DNA of 64,000 nucleotides, from positions 64,001 to 128,000 of the IMG/VR virus record IMGVR_UViG_3300031772_000002; one strand, given 5' to 3'. The notes under the pieces are model-generated. The model saw only the letters and a program-made list of their open reading frames with translations, did not search any database and had not been told where the DNA came from. Of this stretch, positions 8,342 to 18,249 are shown in pieces. Within the stretch, counting starts at the first letter, position 1; each line of letters opens with the position of its first letter. Source of the stretch: a virus. The position numbers and the translations under genes are program-made.

Positions 8342-8971
8342 ATGAAAGAAAAAATAGCGGCTTTTATGCATTACTTATGGATTGCACGGATGGAATATTT
8401 ATTATCAATGATTGAAGAAATTGATAAAATTTCAATACTTGATGAAAATGAAACTTCTTATACAATTATTAAACAAAATATAATTAATAATTGGAAAAAA
8501 TTAATGGAGACCGATTATAACGACCTTGATGAAGAACAAAAAGAATATAATCGTAATCAAGCCGATACATTATTTAAATATATTATTGAAATAGAAAAAG
8601 ATAGAGAAAATTCTGATGATAATATTGAAAGTGAAAATGGTAATCAAGAAAAAAACCAACTTCTTGAAAAAATTACATTTGGAGAAAAAATTAAAAGTTT
8701 AAGAATTAAAAATAATATAGACCAATCATCACTTGCTGAAATTATTGGCGTTACTCAAAGCGCCATATCACAATTTGAAAATAATATAAGAATACCATCA
8801 GAAGAAAATATTATGAAGTTATCTGAAATATTTAATAATGAATTAGAACTTGATGATATTCCTGAATCAAATTTTATTAAATGTATGAGATTTTTTAAAA
8901 CATTAAATCAAAAACAAATTTCATTATTATATGATGTTGCATGTCAATTTAAAATTTCTAATGGAAATTAG
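8342..8971 (+). CDS. XRE-family HTH regulator with N-terminal RyR-like domain
   Basis: FGEKIKSLRIKNNIDQSSLAEIIGVTQSAISQFENNIRIPS HTH; N-terminal H..W...YNDLDEEQKEYNR. Confidence 0.8.
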   Translation: MKEKIAAFMHYLWIARMEYLLSMIEEIDKISILDENETSYTIIKQNIINNWKKLMETDYNDLDEEQKEYNRNQADTLFKYIIEIEKDRENSDDNIESENGNQEKNQLLEKITFGEKIKSLRIKNNIDQSSLAEIIGVTQSAISQFENNIRIPSEENIMKLSEIFNNELELDDIPESNFIKCMRFFKTLNQKQISLLYDVACQFKISNGN

Positions 8972-8974
8972 TTT

Positions 8975-9184
8975 ATGGATAAATGCGATAAGTGTGGAGT
9001 TATTCTTATAGATAAAAGAAAAAGAAAATTAAGAAGCTGCGCTCATTATCCTATAATTATTGAACAAGATAATAGAAAATGTATAATTTCATTTGGTTCA
9101 GATAAAAATAGGATAAATATTAAAACATCTAATAATTTTAATACATGTTTTAATAGTTTAATTTTAAATAAGGAGGAATTGTGA
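8975..9184 (+). CDS. hypothetical protein
   Basis: 69-aa ORF, CDKCG. Confidence 0.5.
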   Translation: MDKCDKCGVILIDKRKRKLRSCAHYPIIIEQDNRKCIISFGSDKNRINIKTSNNFNTCFNSLILNKEEL

Positions 9185-9435
9185 TTGATATAATAATAAA
9201 TATTGATGAAACTAAAATTAAAAGATGGGGAGCTATTTATATTGATTCTTTTGTTGTAAATAAAGGAACGATGAATTTTGGAAATGTATTAACTCCTGGA
9301 TATGAATTTATAAATATTGAAAAATTTCCCGCTTTATCATTTAAAATTCAATCTAGTAACAAAAATAAGCAACCTAATCTTATTTTAAATTCAAATGCTA
9401 CTAAATTAAATAATAAAAAAAATAAAAAAAAATAA
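9181..9435 (+). CDS. hypothetical protein
   Basis: AGGAGG RBS, GTG start. Confidence 0.6.
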   Translation: MIDIIINIDETKIKRWGAIYIDSFVVNKGTMNFGNVLTPGYEFINIEKFPALSFKIQSSNKNKQPNLILNSNATKLNNKKNKKK

Positions 9436-9484
9436 AAAGACAATAACTTAAATTGTTTATAATTAAATAATTTATATTTATACA

Positions 9485-9763
9485 ATGTATAACAATTCAT
9501 TTAATGAATATTCAAATTTAAAAATTGTTCCATTCCCTGTATTTCAAGCCCATTGCGGGGAAAGGAAATTTATTTATTCCGGTAAGCCTGGAAATTTTCA
9601 TGTAAATTGTAGTATTGATGGTAGTCCTAATAAATGCAATGGATTGGTATGTCCTGTATGGAATTCCAATCGTGTTAGAGATATTATTGAAAGTCAATCT
9701 TTACGTGATATTAATATTGCCCTTAAATTAAAAGGTGAAAATGGTAATGAACTAAAAATATAA
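9485..9763 (+). CDS. hypothetical Cys-containing protein
   Basis: 92-aa ORF with 4 Cys. Confidence 0.6.
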   Translation: MYNNSFNEYSNLKIVPFPVFQAHCGERKFIYSGKPGNFHVNCSIDGSPNKCNGLVCPVWNSNRVRDIIESQSLRDINIALKLKGENGNELKI

Positions 9764-9790
9764 TTAAAATATTTAATAGCTAAAAAAAAT

Positions 9791-10017
9791 AATGCCATAT
9801 CAATAATATTAATTGAATATGGCATTTTTTCTTGAGCCAAGCCCTGAGACTCAAGAATTAAAAAAAAGATATATATGAGAGTAGCCATAGGAGTATGGAT
9901 GGCTTACTCTCACAATATATCAATATTAGGTACTCCTCACAAGTACCTAAAATGAATTTTGCTATATAAAATGTAGGATATAATTTTTGGACCATGCCAA
10001 TAAAATTATACCCTACA
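9791..10017. other. array of five consecutive hairpins (structured non-coding interval)
   Basis: Hairpins 9791-9826, 9829-9857, 9868-9921, 9926-9950, 9972-10017. Confidence 0.7.
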
Positions 10018-10021
10018 ACTG

Positions 10022-10351
10022 TTACGCAGCCTTTTCCTTCTTTTCCCTCAGCAAAGGAGCCACATGTTTCGCCAGTTCAGCGTACTGATCATTTAGCAGC
10101 TTATGCGAGTCGTCTACTGCTTTTTTTTCCAAATTTCTTTCTGCAATGTCCTCTTTTTCTACTGCGATTTTAAACTTCGCGATGGCTTTTGGGACATCGC
10201 TTCCTGCCTTATCAACAATATCTTTCAAGAATTTTTGTAAATTCTCTTCGTCAATAAGTGGTTTTGCAAAATTTTTACCAACTGCAACCCCTGCCATAAA
10301 TCCAACCGTTCCTGCTCCGACACCAACTGCAACATGCGTTAAGATACTCAT
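10022..10351 (-). CDS. small membrane-anchored protein
   Basis: Gly-rich N-terminal TM helix, charged helical body; AGGAG RBS; promoter motif upstream. Confidence 0.75.
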   Translation of the reverse strand: MSILTHVAVGVGAGTVGFMAGVAVGKNFAKPLIDEENLQKFLKDIVDKAGSDVPKAIAKFKIAVEKEDIAERNLEKKAVDDSHKLLNDQYAELAKHVAPLLREKKEKAA

Positions 10352-10427
10352 AACTACTCCTTTTAAAAAAAATTAAATAACTATCCTCCATTTAGAGGTT
10401 GGTTAACATTTTAAACTGTACATTATA

Positions 10428-10455
10428 GTTATACCAGTTTTTTTTCAAAAATAAC
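10428..10455 (-). promoter_or_regulatory. conserved phage promoter motif copy 5
   Basis: GTTATT-TTTGAAAAAAAAC-TGGTATAACTATAAT. Confidence 0.7.
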
Positions 10456-10491
10456 ATGTTTAATGATTGTTTCGACTGTATACTATAATTG

Positions 10492-10520
10492 TTGAGGAAG
10501 ATGTGTTTTTGTTGTATATT
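10492..10520 (+). promoter_or_regulatory. sigma70-like promoter for tail cluster
   Basis: TTGAGG-17nt-TATATT upstream of 10564. Confidence 0.35.
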
Positions 10521-10563
10521 ATCTATATATAATCATTTTAATAATTTACCAAGGTGAACATAA

Positions 10564-13500
10564 ATGCCAATACCTGAAGAAGGAATAGGTCCGGTAAATT
10601 ACGCCCGTCCTGAGATGAATCCCTTTGCAGCTCTTGATAACACTATTAGATATAACGATATGATTAAAAATCAAATCATATCTCAATATCAACAAAATGC
10701 TATTAGTCCTGCTTCATTATCTATGCAGCAACAAAGAATGGTTGCTACTGATCCTAAATATCAATATGGAGTTGAAGGTGGTCAAGATACCAGAACATAC
10801 CAAAGAAATGCAGAACTTGCTAAGATGTCATATAGCTCAATGGCTGCAAATGCTACTTTAGGAATGGCAACATATGGTATTGCATCTCCTTTTGGAGCCG
10901 TAGCGTCAACATTTTTAAAAACAACTGCTTTAAGATATGTTCCTTTTGCTCCAACCATTTTAGGCGGGATGGCGCTTCCAATGGCCGCTGCTGCAGCCCT
11001 TGCATATATTCCTGGAAAAGCTATTAACCAAGCGGTAGAGCGTCAAAGGTTTATTCATTCAACAGCTTCTGATATTGAACAATACAGAGAGGGTCTTGGA
11101 TTTAATTCTCCATTAGGGATTGGTTCAGCAACTAATCTTGCTGAAAGTTTACAAAGAACAATGTATCAAGGCGGTTTTTTTAATACTGAACAACAATCAA
11201 GAATTCATAAAATTGGTTTATCAAATAATATGATTTCATCCCGTGGAGGAAAGGCGGGAGGAACTATTCAACAGTATGAAAAGAATTTTATTGAATTGAG
11301 AGATACTACTGCTGAAGTTGTTAAATTGTTAAAAACTACTATAGAGGGCGGAATGTCTGTAATGAAAGAACTGCAACAGTCAGGCTTCTCTGTAGGGGCT
11401 ATTAAAGGCCAAATAAGACAGGCTAAAGCTTTTGGCAATCTAACAGGTCTTGGTTCACAAAACATGCTACAAATAGGCGCCGCCGGAGCCGCATCAGTAC
11501 AGGGAACTCCATGGTCAGCTTCAGTTGGAGCATCAATGTATCAATCAGGAGCAGCTCAAGCTGCCACTATTGCAAATGCCAATAGATCTGGAGCTTATGC
11601 AGTACAGAGAGTTGGAGGAACTGCCGCTGCAGGAGCAATGATAGCTACAGCACAAATGAATGTATTATCATCAGGTCTTGGAACTCGTGGGGTCGCGTAT
11701 GCGATGAATACAAATGGGACTATTGATAATTCTCGAATGGCTAGATTATTATCAGGAAAAGCAAGTGCTTATGAAATAGAATCAGGAGCAAGTCAACGAG
11801 GGTATGGAATGGGGATATCCGGTAGAGCATTGTTTGAACGTAATAAAGAAGATTTTTTAAATAATCTATCAGACGAAGGCCGGGTTGCAATGACCCAGCA
11901 ATTATTTCAAAAATGGGGAACCCAAAGATATGGTACTGAAGAAGCTAAAGCATGGGTTTTTGCAGGAAAATATACGAATGATATTCGGGAACAAAGGCTT
12001 TTATCAGAATCTTTATTAAGACCTAAAGGTTTTGATAGAATGATGGCTGAAAATGAAGCTGTTACGGCTGGATTGCAATTAAAAGGATCAAGAAGGGATT
12101 TTCTTCCAACCCCTTCAATAATGACAAGATTTGGAGAAAGAACATTATATGAATCTCAAAGAATTACTGCAGGTATTGGAAGTGTGTTTGCATTGCCTGA
12201 ACAGGCTTTTAATTATGTAAGAGATTTAACTCCATTTGCAAAAACTCCTTATGTAAATTTAGAAACTATTACCAGAAATAAATATGGACTTAATGTTAAT
12301 TTACAAGCAGGTATGGCAGAACGTTTATCAGGATTAACCACTAAGGATATCTCAGAAATACCAACCATTCCTCGTATAAAAAATCTTAAAGCTGAAACTG
12401 GAATGGATTTAGAAAAAATGTTATCTGTAGGGGTCATAAAAACTAAAGTAAACATTTATGGAAGGCAATCACAACAATATGGAGGAACAGGAGGGGCGTT
12501 ACCTATAATTGGACAAAAAGATGTTTATACAAATAAAGGATCAACCTCTGAAGAAATGCAAATTGTATTTGATGCTATAAATAATCAATTATATGGAGAT
12601 GGAACTAATTGGACAAAAAATCGTAAAGTTCGTAAAATAAGTGGAGTTAAAGAACTTTCTGATGAAGAGGCTCGTAAGGCTGGAGAAACTGCTTTATCTA
12701 CAGCAGGAGCAAGTCAACAAGCGACAAGTTATAAATTTAATAATGCTCAATCAATATTATCTACTGCTCTTGAAAAAGCCCCAGGATTAACTTTAAAAGC
12801 AGTTTCAGATTATGAAAGACAATTACGTTCAGCTTACAGAGAAGGCAAGCCGTTAGATAAAGGAATTATTGCGGAAGGATTAACTACAGATTTACAAAGA
12901 AAAGTTCTTACTAAATTTGAAGCAGAAATTGCAAATGTAAAAACTAAAGATCTTTCTACACTTCAAGGAAAAGTATTTGATGTAAAACGTATTAAAAAAG
13001 AAGCTACTGAACAAATATATAGTGAAGGTTTAGGGTTTAAAATGGAATTTGTAACATCACAAAGTCAGTTTGGTGGTGGTTCTATGCAAGAAACTAAAGA
13101 AACTACTAAATCTAAAAAATTGATGGAAAGAATTGTTGGTTCTAATTTAGATACTCCTCAAAAGCAAGAAGAGGGTTTAAAAAAATTATTAGCCATAACA
13201 GATATGGCCGAACAAAAACTTGATGGTGGAGTTGCATTTAGAAATCTTGCAAAAAAATTAGAAATGACTACTACAGAATTAGAAAAGAAACGTAATCAGT
13301 GGCAAAAAACAGTATCTACTGTTATTGATGCAAAAGATGTAAAACTTGCATATGCTGAAGTACAAGTACCTGGGGCTTTTCGTATTCAGGAACATATAAG
13401 AAAAAATCAACCTGAAGTTTCCAGGGCTTCAATTAATACGGCTGGTGCATTTGTTAGAGGAGCATTGTCATTTGCTGAATTAAAAAAATCACCTGATGCT

Positions 13501-13884
13501 CTTGAAGCTTTACTTTCTTCATCAATAATGGGAAGAGAAACCTTTATGGCTGCAGGAGTTGCTGGAACTTTACCTGTAGCTTTAGTGACAGGAGATACTG
13601 AAGTTGCTAAAAAAGTTACCAGAGATATGGAAAGAAGAAGATATATTGAAGAAACTCTTAAATGGACAGAGGCAGTAAAAACAGGAGGAAAAAGTCTTAA
13701 ATTAGAAAAGGGTGAAACAAAATTAACTACTCAAGAAATATTAATGAATAAAGAAATGGCAATATCACAACAACATGAATTTGAATCTAATCCTTCATAT
13801 TCTGAATCTAGTCGTGATAAAACTAATTATGCAAATGTACAACCTCCAATATTAAATTATTGGAATAATAAGTGGGTTTTATAA
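10564..13884 (+). CDS. putative tail tape measure protein
   Basis: 1106 aa, Ala/Gly/Gln-rich helical, hydrophobic segment; precedes hub/baseplate genes. Confidence 0.6.
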   Translation: MPIPEEGIGPVNYARPEMNPFAALDNTIRYNDMIKNQIISQYQQNAISPASLSMQQQRMVATDPKYQYGVEGGQDTRTYQRNAELAKMSYSSMAANATLGMATYGIASPFGAVASTFLKTTALRYVPFAPTILGGMALPMAAAAALAYIPGKAINQAVERQRFIHSTASDIEQYREGLGFNSPLGIGSATNLAESLQRTMYQGGFFNTEQQSRIHKIGLSNNMISSRGGKAGGTIQQYEKNFIELRDTTAEVVKLLKTTIEGGMSVMKELQQSGFSVGAIKGQIRQAKAFGNLTGLGSQNMLQIGAAGAASVQGTPWSASVGASMYQSGAAQAATIANANRSGAYAVQRVGGTAAAGAMIATAQMNVLSSGLGTRGVAYAMNTNGTIDNSRMARLLSGKASAYEIESGASQRGYGMGISGRALFERNKEDFLNNLSDEGRVAMTQQLFQKWGTQRYGTEEAKAWVFAGKYTNDIREQRLLSESLLRPKGFDRMMAENEAVTAGLQLKGSRRDFLPTPSIMTRFGERTLYESQRITAGIGSVFALPEQAFNYVRDLTPFAKTPYVNLETITRNKYGLNVNLQAGMAERLSGLTTKDISEIPTIPRIKNLKAETGMDLEKMLSVGVIKTKVNIYGRQSQQYGGTGGALPIIGQKDVYTNKGSTSEEMQIVFDAINNQLYGDGTNWTKNRKVRKISGVKELSDEEARKAGETALSTAGASQQATSYKFNNAQSILSTALEKAPGLTLKAVSDYERQLRSAYREGKPLDKGIIAEGLTTDLQRKVLTKFEAEIANVKTKDLSTLQGKVFDVKRIKKEATEQIYSEGLGFKMEFVTSQSQFGGGSMQETKETTKSKKLMERIVGSNLDTPQKQEEGLKKLLAITDMAEQKLDGGVAFRNLAKKLEMTTTELEKKRNQWQKTVSTVIDAKDVKLAYAEVQVPGAFRIQEHIRKNQPEVSRASINTAGAFVRGALSFAELKKSPDALEALLSSSIMGRETFMAAGVAGTLPVALVTGDTEVAKKVTRDMERRRYIEETLKWTEAVKTGGKSLKLEKGETKLTTQEILMNKEMAISQQHEFESNPSYSESSRDKTNYANVQPPILNYWNNKWVL

Positions 13885-14771
13885 TGAGTTTAAAATCAAT
13901 TCAATACGCATCTAATTTAGAAGAATTGTTACGTCCATATAATACAGGATTGGTTCCTCATAATCATAATCTTGCTTCAATTGTTTTATATACTAATGAA
14001 GAACAGGATTATGATCTTTTTAGAGATCACACTAAAGAATATGATTATTTTGATAATTTAAATGAATATGTTTCACAACTTGAAACTGCTGCTATTACAC
14101 AAGGAGGGAATATACAGCCTGATAATATTTCATCAGGTAAAGTTCCAATTATAAATCTTGATAATAATCCTAGTCATGTTAAAAATTCTCCTTCCCGTCC
14201 TTATTATGGAGTGTTTAATAATTTTTCTTTAATTAAAGTTACTGAGCAATTTGGAGAAATTGTTAAAGTGCAACAAAATTTTACAGAAGGATGGAATGCT
14301 TTTTTCTTTGGAGAAAAACCGATAATATTTAGTTTTAACGGAATATTTATTGATAGTAAAGACTATCCGTATTATCAGGAATTTATGATTGCATATGGAA
14401 AATATTTAGCAGGAAGAAAATGTGTTGAAAATAAAATGCAGATGAAAATTATATTTGATGGTAAAATAGTTGATGGATATATGATTAGTATAATGACCAG
14501 TTCTGATGCTCAAAATGAATTAATAAAATCTTTTGAATTTAGTGTTCTTGTTAGAAATGTAAAATGGGTAAGAATGAATTTAATTAAAGTAAAAAGTGGA
14601 AATGGAGATGATATTAGGTATCAGGAAGAGCTTAATGGATTGACAAATCAATATAGATATATAGATCCTTCATTTGTTGATAAACTTAATATGGTCGATC
14701 CTGTAGGAAATAAAAATATACAATATCCAGGTAATGTCAATACCATCAATGATACAGGATCAATAGCATAA
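13884..14771 (+). CDS. putative tail tube initiator/baseplate protein
   Basis: TAATG coupling with upstream gene; FFFGEKPIIFSFNG beta-rich pattern; position after tape measure. Confidence 0.45.
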   Translation: MSLKSIQYASNLEELLRPYNTGLVPHNHNLASIVLYTNEEQDYDLFRDHTKEYDYFDNLNEYVSQLETAAITQGGNIQPDNISSGKVPIINLDNNPSHVKNSPSRPYYGVFNNFSLIKVTEQFGEIVKVQQNFTEGWNAFFFGEKPIIFSFNGIFIDSKDYPYYQEFMIAYGKYLAGRKCVENKMQMKIIFDGKIVDGYMISIMTSSDAQNELIKSFEFSVLVRNVKWVRMNLIKVKSGNGDDIRYQEELNGLTNQYRYIDPSFVDKLNMVDPVGNKNIQYPGNVNTINDTGSIA

Positions 14772-14774
14772 ACT

Positions 14775-17528
14775 ATGGCTAGTAAAAAAGGTTATAATTA
14801 TCAATTTAGATTATACATGGAAGGTGTTCATATTCCTTTTCATGGAGCAGTTATTTCATGCACTCCAAATGGGGTAGAAGCTAATATTAATTTGTGGGCA
14901 AATAAAGAATTGTTAGATCTTAAGCCCAAAACAGCAGTTCAAATTATTTATCGTGAATGGCACAAAAAACCTTCAGAAGCAAAGTGGCTTATAGCTTTTG
15001 ATGGATTTTTATCAAGTTTTTATAAAGTAGATCAGGCGGGTGAAGGTAATAATATATCATTAGTATGTCGTGATTTCAGAATGGATATACGTAGAGCTCC
15101 TGCAGCAATAGCATGGGAAGCTGACGATCCACTTACCCCTAAAACTTTTTATAATGAGATGGGATTGTTTCAAACATTTGTTATTAAGGGGGTTACAAAA
15201 TCAGGACAACCAGGAACGGATATACGTATTTATGATAGTGGAGATCTGGCGCCATTAAGTTACACTCTTAGTTTAATTGCAGGAAGCGCTTTTGGAGGAT
15301 CGTATGCAACTAAACATAATACCCATGTAAAAGGAGAATCGACATATCAAAAACAATTTACCGATGTTACCCCAACAATTCAACAACCGGCAACTAAAAC
15401 GGAAACTAAAAAAGATACTTCTGATGGTGTTGCTAATTGTGGATTTTTTTTAGATGCTATTGTTCGTGGATTATGGGTTGAAGCTGTCGGAGGAACATCT
15501 GTTGGTTCGTTTTTAAATAAACGAATCCGTCTTGATAAAAGATTTTTAATACCTGTCAATGTATCTGGTTATAACTTCTGGAAACGTCAATCTGCGGCAG
15601 TTAATATAGGATCCCATCTAATGGGCAATGCAAGATTTACAAGTCTTGAAGCGGCTATAATGAATCTTGCAGGCGTATTTTCAACGCGGGTTTATTCGTG
15701 CAATACGCCTTCATTAATTTCAATTGATAATGATAGTCCTGCTGTTGATTATATAATGGATAGAAGAGTAAGAAATTTTATTTTAGGTAAAGGATCAAAA
15801 GAGTTTGGTGGTAAATATATTCTTAATGAATCTATGTTATTGCCTCCTCTTGAATTTACCGCTCCTCCTAACTGTAATTTTATATTTCCTCCAATGTGTA
15901 ATCGTGTTGAATGGCAATATGATACTGATGTTGATATTACACGAGGGGTATATGAACAGATTAGTTTATTATCAACTCCTGGAAGTGACGGTCTTGCTGC
16001 GGCTAGAATTCAAGTTCCTAATGCTTTATTTAATATTATGAATAAAAATCCTAAAGATGAATTTAAAAGAAGAAAACCTCCTCTTACATTAGAAGAAAGG
16101 TATAAAGGTATTAATGTAGAATTTGGAAGTGTTTCAGTAGAGCTTGCATGTAATGATGCTTCTTCTATAATTCAAAAAAGATATGTAAGTGATAAGGATG
16201 GAAAAAAAATTGATTTAAAAATAGATGAATTGAAAAAATTAAAAGATAAAGTGGAAAGTGGAACATGGATTCCTAAAGATAAATCAGCAGTTGATTATAG
16301 TAAAGAAATAGAACAAAAACAAAAAGAAAAAAAAGAAATTAAATTATTAAAAAGTAAAGGTTTTGAGCCTTTAATGACCAATGCTCTTAAACATCATGCC
16401 GTATTAAAATTTCTTAATTCTAAATATGCAGGTAGAGTTGTTGTTGTTGATATGGCTTTTAATCCTTTTATTATGAGTGGGTTTCCTGGAGTTATTGTGT
16501 CGGATAATAATGAGTATGGAAAAAATTCATCAAAAACTATTCTTGGTATGGTACAAGTAGTTCGGCATACCATATCTATATCGAGCGCGGGAGGAGACGC
16601 TAATACGTCGGTAACAATGAATAACGCTCGTTTTGAAGACGAGCCTACAGATGTCGATTTATATGGATACCCATTGTATATTAAAGAAACAAATCCTGAA
16701 GACGCTATGATTGACATTAAAACATTCAAACACATAAATAGTAAAGGAGAATATGTAAAGCATTATGTTACAGAACCTAAAACCCCTGTGGAAGATGTAA
16801 AGTTTGAAACTAAAGATATTCCTAAAAGTAAAGCTTATGATCTTATTGATAAGTCAATTAATTCTGAAGGTTATAAGTATGCTAAAGACTTACTAAGCCT
16901 TACGTTACAAGATTATTTAAGTGGAAAAGTAAATCAAATTTATATAGATGAAACATATGAACCTACTCGTATATGTAAATTTTATCAGGATGTATTTCAA
17001 CACACTGAATTGCATTTTATGATAGGGCGTACTACTATTAAAGATGACTCTGGAAAAGATAAGGAAATTTACTTTACTTATGATTCTATTCATGAAGGAT
17101 TGGAAAAATTACGAATAAACAGACCTGATTTACTTTCAGACTATTCTGCATGCATGAGTTTTACCGAAAGAAATATTTGTTCAGCAGATGCATTTTTTCA
17201 AGGAATTATCGGCCTTTCAATAGAATCTTCAAAAGATTACAAAGGTAATATTTTTAAAGATGCTAATGATAATATTATAACTAAATATTTTTGTAATCAA
17301 TCTGATTTTATTCATCAGGATGTATACGAAAGATATTATGGAGTGTCAACTGATGATTATAATAATAAGAATTTTAATTTAAAAAAAGAAAATGGAGGAG
17401 ATATGACTGGTCCAGGCCAATTTAGCAGTATTCGTGAAAATTCTCCTGTTACTGCTTATATTAAAGAAAGAAGAGACGCTGTTGAAATATATCTTACTGA
17501 AGTATTAAAACGAGTGAGTTCAATATGA
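14775..17528 (+). CDS. putative baseplate hub protein
   Basis: FRLYMEG N-terminus, AFDGF, LVCRD, FNPFIMSGFPG, VVRHTIS motifs; synteny. Confidence 0.5.
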   Translation: MASKKGYNYQFRLYMEGVHIPFHGAVISCTPNGVEANINLWANKELLDLKPKTAVQIIYREWHKKPSEAKWLIAFDGFLSSFYKVDQAGEGNNISLVCRDFRMDIRRAPAAIAWEADDPLTPKTFYNEMGLFQTFVIKGVTKSGQPGTDIRIYDSGDLAPLSYTLSLIAGSAFGGSYATKHNTHVKGESTYQKQFTDVTPTIQQPATKTETKKDTSDGVANCGFFLDAIVRGLWVEAVGGTSVGSFLNKRIRLDKRFLIPVNVSGYNFWKRQSAAVNIGSHLMGNARFTSLEAAIMNLAGVFSTRVYSCNTPSLISIDNDSPAVDYIMDRRVRNFILGKGSKEFGGKYILNESMLLPPLEFTAPPNCNFIFPPMCNRVEWQYDTDVDITRGVYEQISLLSTPGSDGLAAARIQVPNALFNIMNKNPKDEFKRRKPPLTLEERYKGINVEFGSVSVELACNDASSIIQKRYVSDKDGKKIDLKIDELKKLKDKVESGTWIPKDKSAVDYSKEIEQKQKEKKEIKLLKSKGFEPLMTNALKHHAVLKFLNSKYAGRVVVVDMAFNPFIMSGFPGVIVSDNNEYGKNSSKTILGMVQVVRHTISISSAGGDANTSVTMNNARFEDEPTDVDLYGYPLYIKETNPEDAMIDIKTFKHINSKGEYVKHYVTEPKTPVEDVKFETKDIPKSKAYDLIDKSINSEGYKYAKDLLSLTLQDYLSGKVNQIYIDETYEPTRICKFYQDVFQHTELHFMIGRTTIKDDSGKDKEIYFTYDSIHEGLEKLRINRPDLLSDYSACMSFTERNICSADAFFQGIIGLSIESSKDYKGNIFKDANDNIITKYFCNQSDFIHQDVYERYYGVSTDDYNNKNFNLKKENGGDMTGPGQFSSIRENSPVTAYIKERRDAVEIYLTEVLKRVSSI

Positions 17529-18247
17529 AAACAAACACTACTATTGATAAAATTTATTTTAATTCTTTTTATGATGAACTTCAAAATATTGAAAAGAATG
17601 CTGGATTTGCAAAAGCATTAGGCACTGGGGCATTAATATGGGGAGGTATAGTAGGACCAGTGGCAACTCCTCAAATTATTGCTATGAAACAAAATGCACC
17701 AATTGTACGTAGTTTTGTAAATACAATGCAATCTGGTACTGTAAATGCTAGAAATATTATTAATAAATATGATCCTGGAACTATTCCATTAACATCTAAA
17801 AGCCAACTTGATACTGCTCAAATTGATAAGGCATCGAAAGCTATTGCAGGTTCTCAAATTAATAAATCAAATAAATTTACTAATACATTTTTTGTACCAG
17901 GAATAAAAGGAAACAGATATATTGTTTCACCAGAATTAACAGACTCAGCTATTATTGGTCACGAATTAGGTCATAGCAAGCATTATCAACAACTTTCTAA
18001 AAATAAAGATTTAAAAACAGGTTTAAAATTATTTAAAAAATATCCTACAGTTAATAGAGAAATAATGGCTAATCAAATGGCTCCAATTAAATCAAGTAAT
18101 TATAATAAGATAATGAATCCAGCATTTAAAACATATAAAAATATTAATACTGCAAACAAATTTACAAAAGGTATAGCTGGATCAGAATTTAGTTTAGGTT
18201 TAATTGCTTTAGGAAAAATGTTAATTAAGCGTAGAAAATTTAAATAA
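17525..18247 (+). CDS. zincin-like metallopeptidase domain protein with ELEKIA-type leader
   Basis: IIGHELGHSKH (HExxH) plus downstream REIMAN; leader KIYFNSFYDELQNIEKNA. Confidence 0.6.
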   Translation: MKTNTTIDKIYFNSFYDELQNIEKNAGFAKALGTGALIWGGIVGPVATPQIIAMKQNAPIVRSFVNTMQSGTVNARNIINKYDPGTIPLTSKSQLDTAQIDKASKAIAGSQINKSNKFTNTFFVPGIKGNRYIVSPELTDSAIIGHELGHSKHYQQLSKNKDLKTGLKLFKKYPTVNREIMANQMAPIKSSNYNKIMNPAFKTYKNINTANKFTKGIAGSEFSLGLIALGKMLIKRRKFK

Positions 18248-18249
18248 AT

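Noticed and set aside
9694-9888. Minus-strand 64-aa ORF across the hairpin array
   Set aside because: Overlaps 9485..9763 in antisense, has no RBS, and is low complexity
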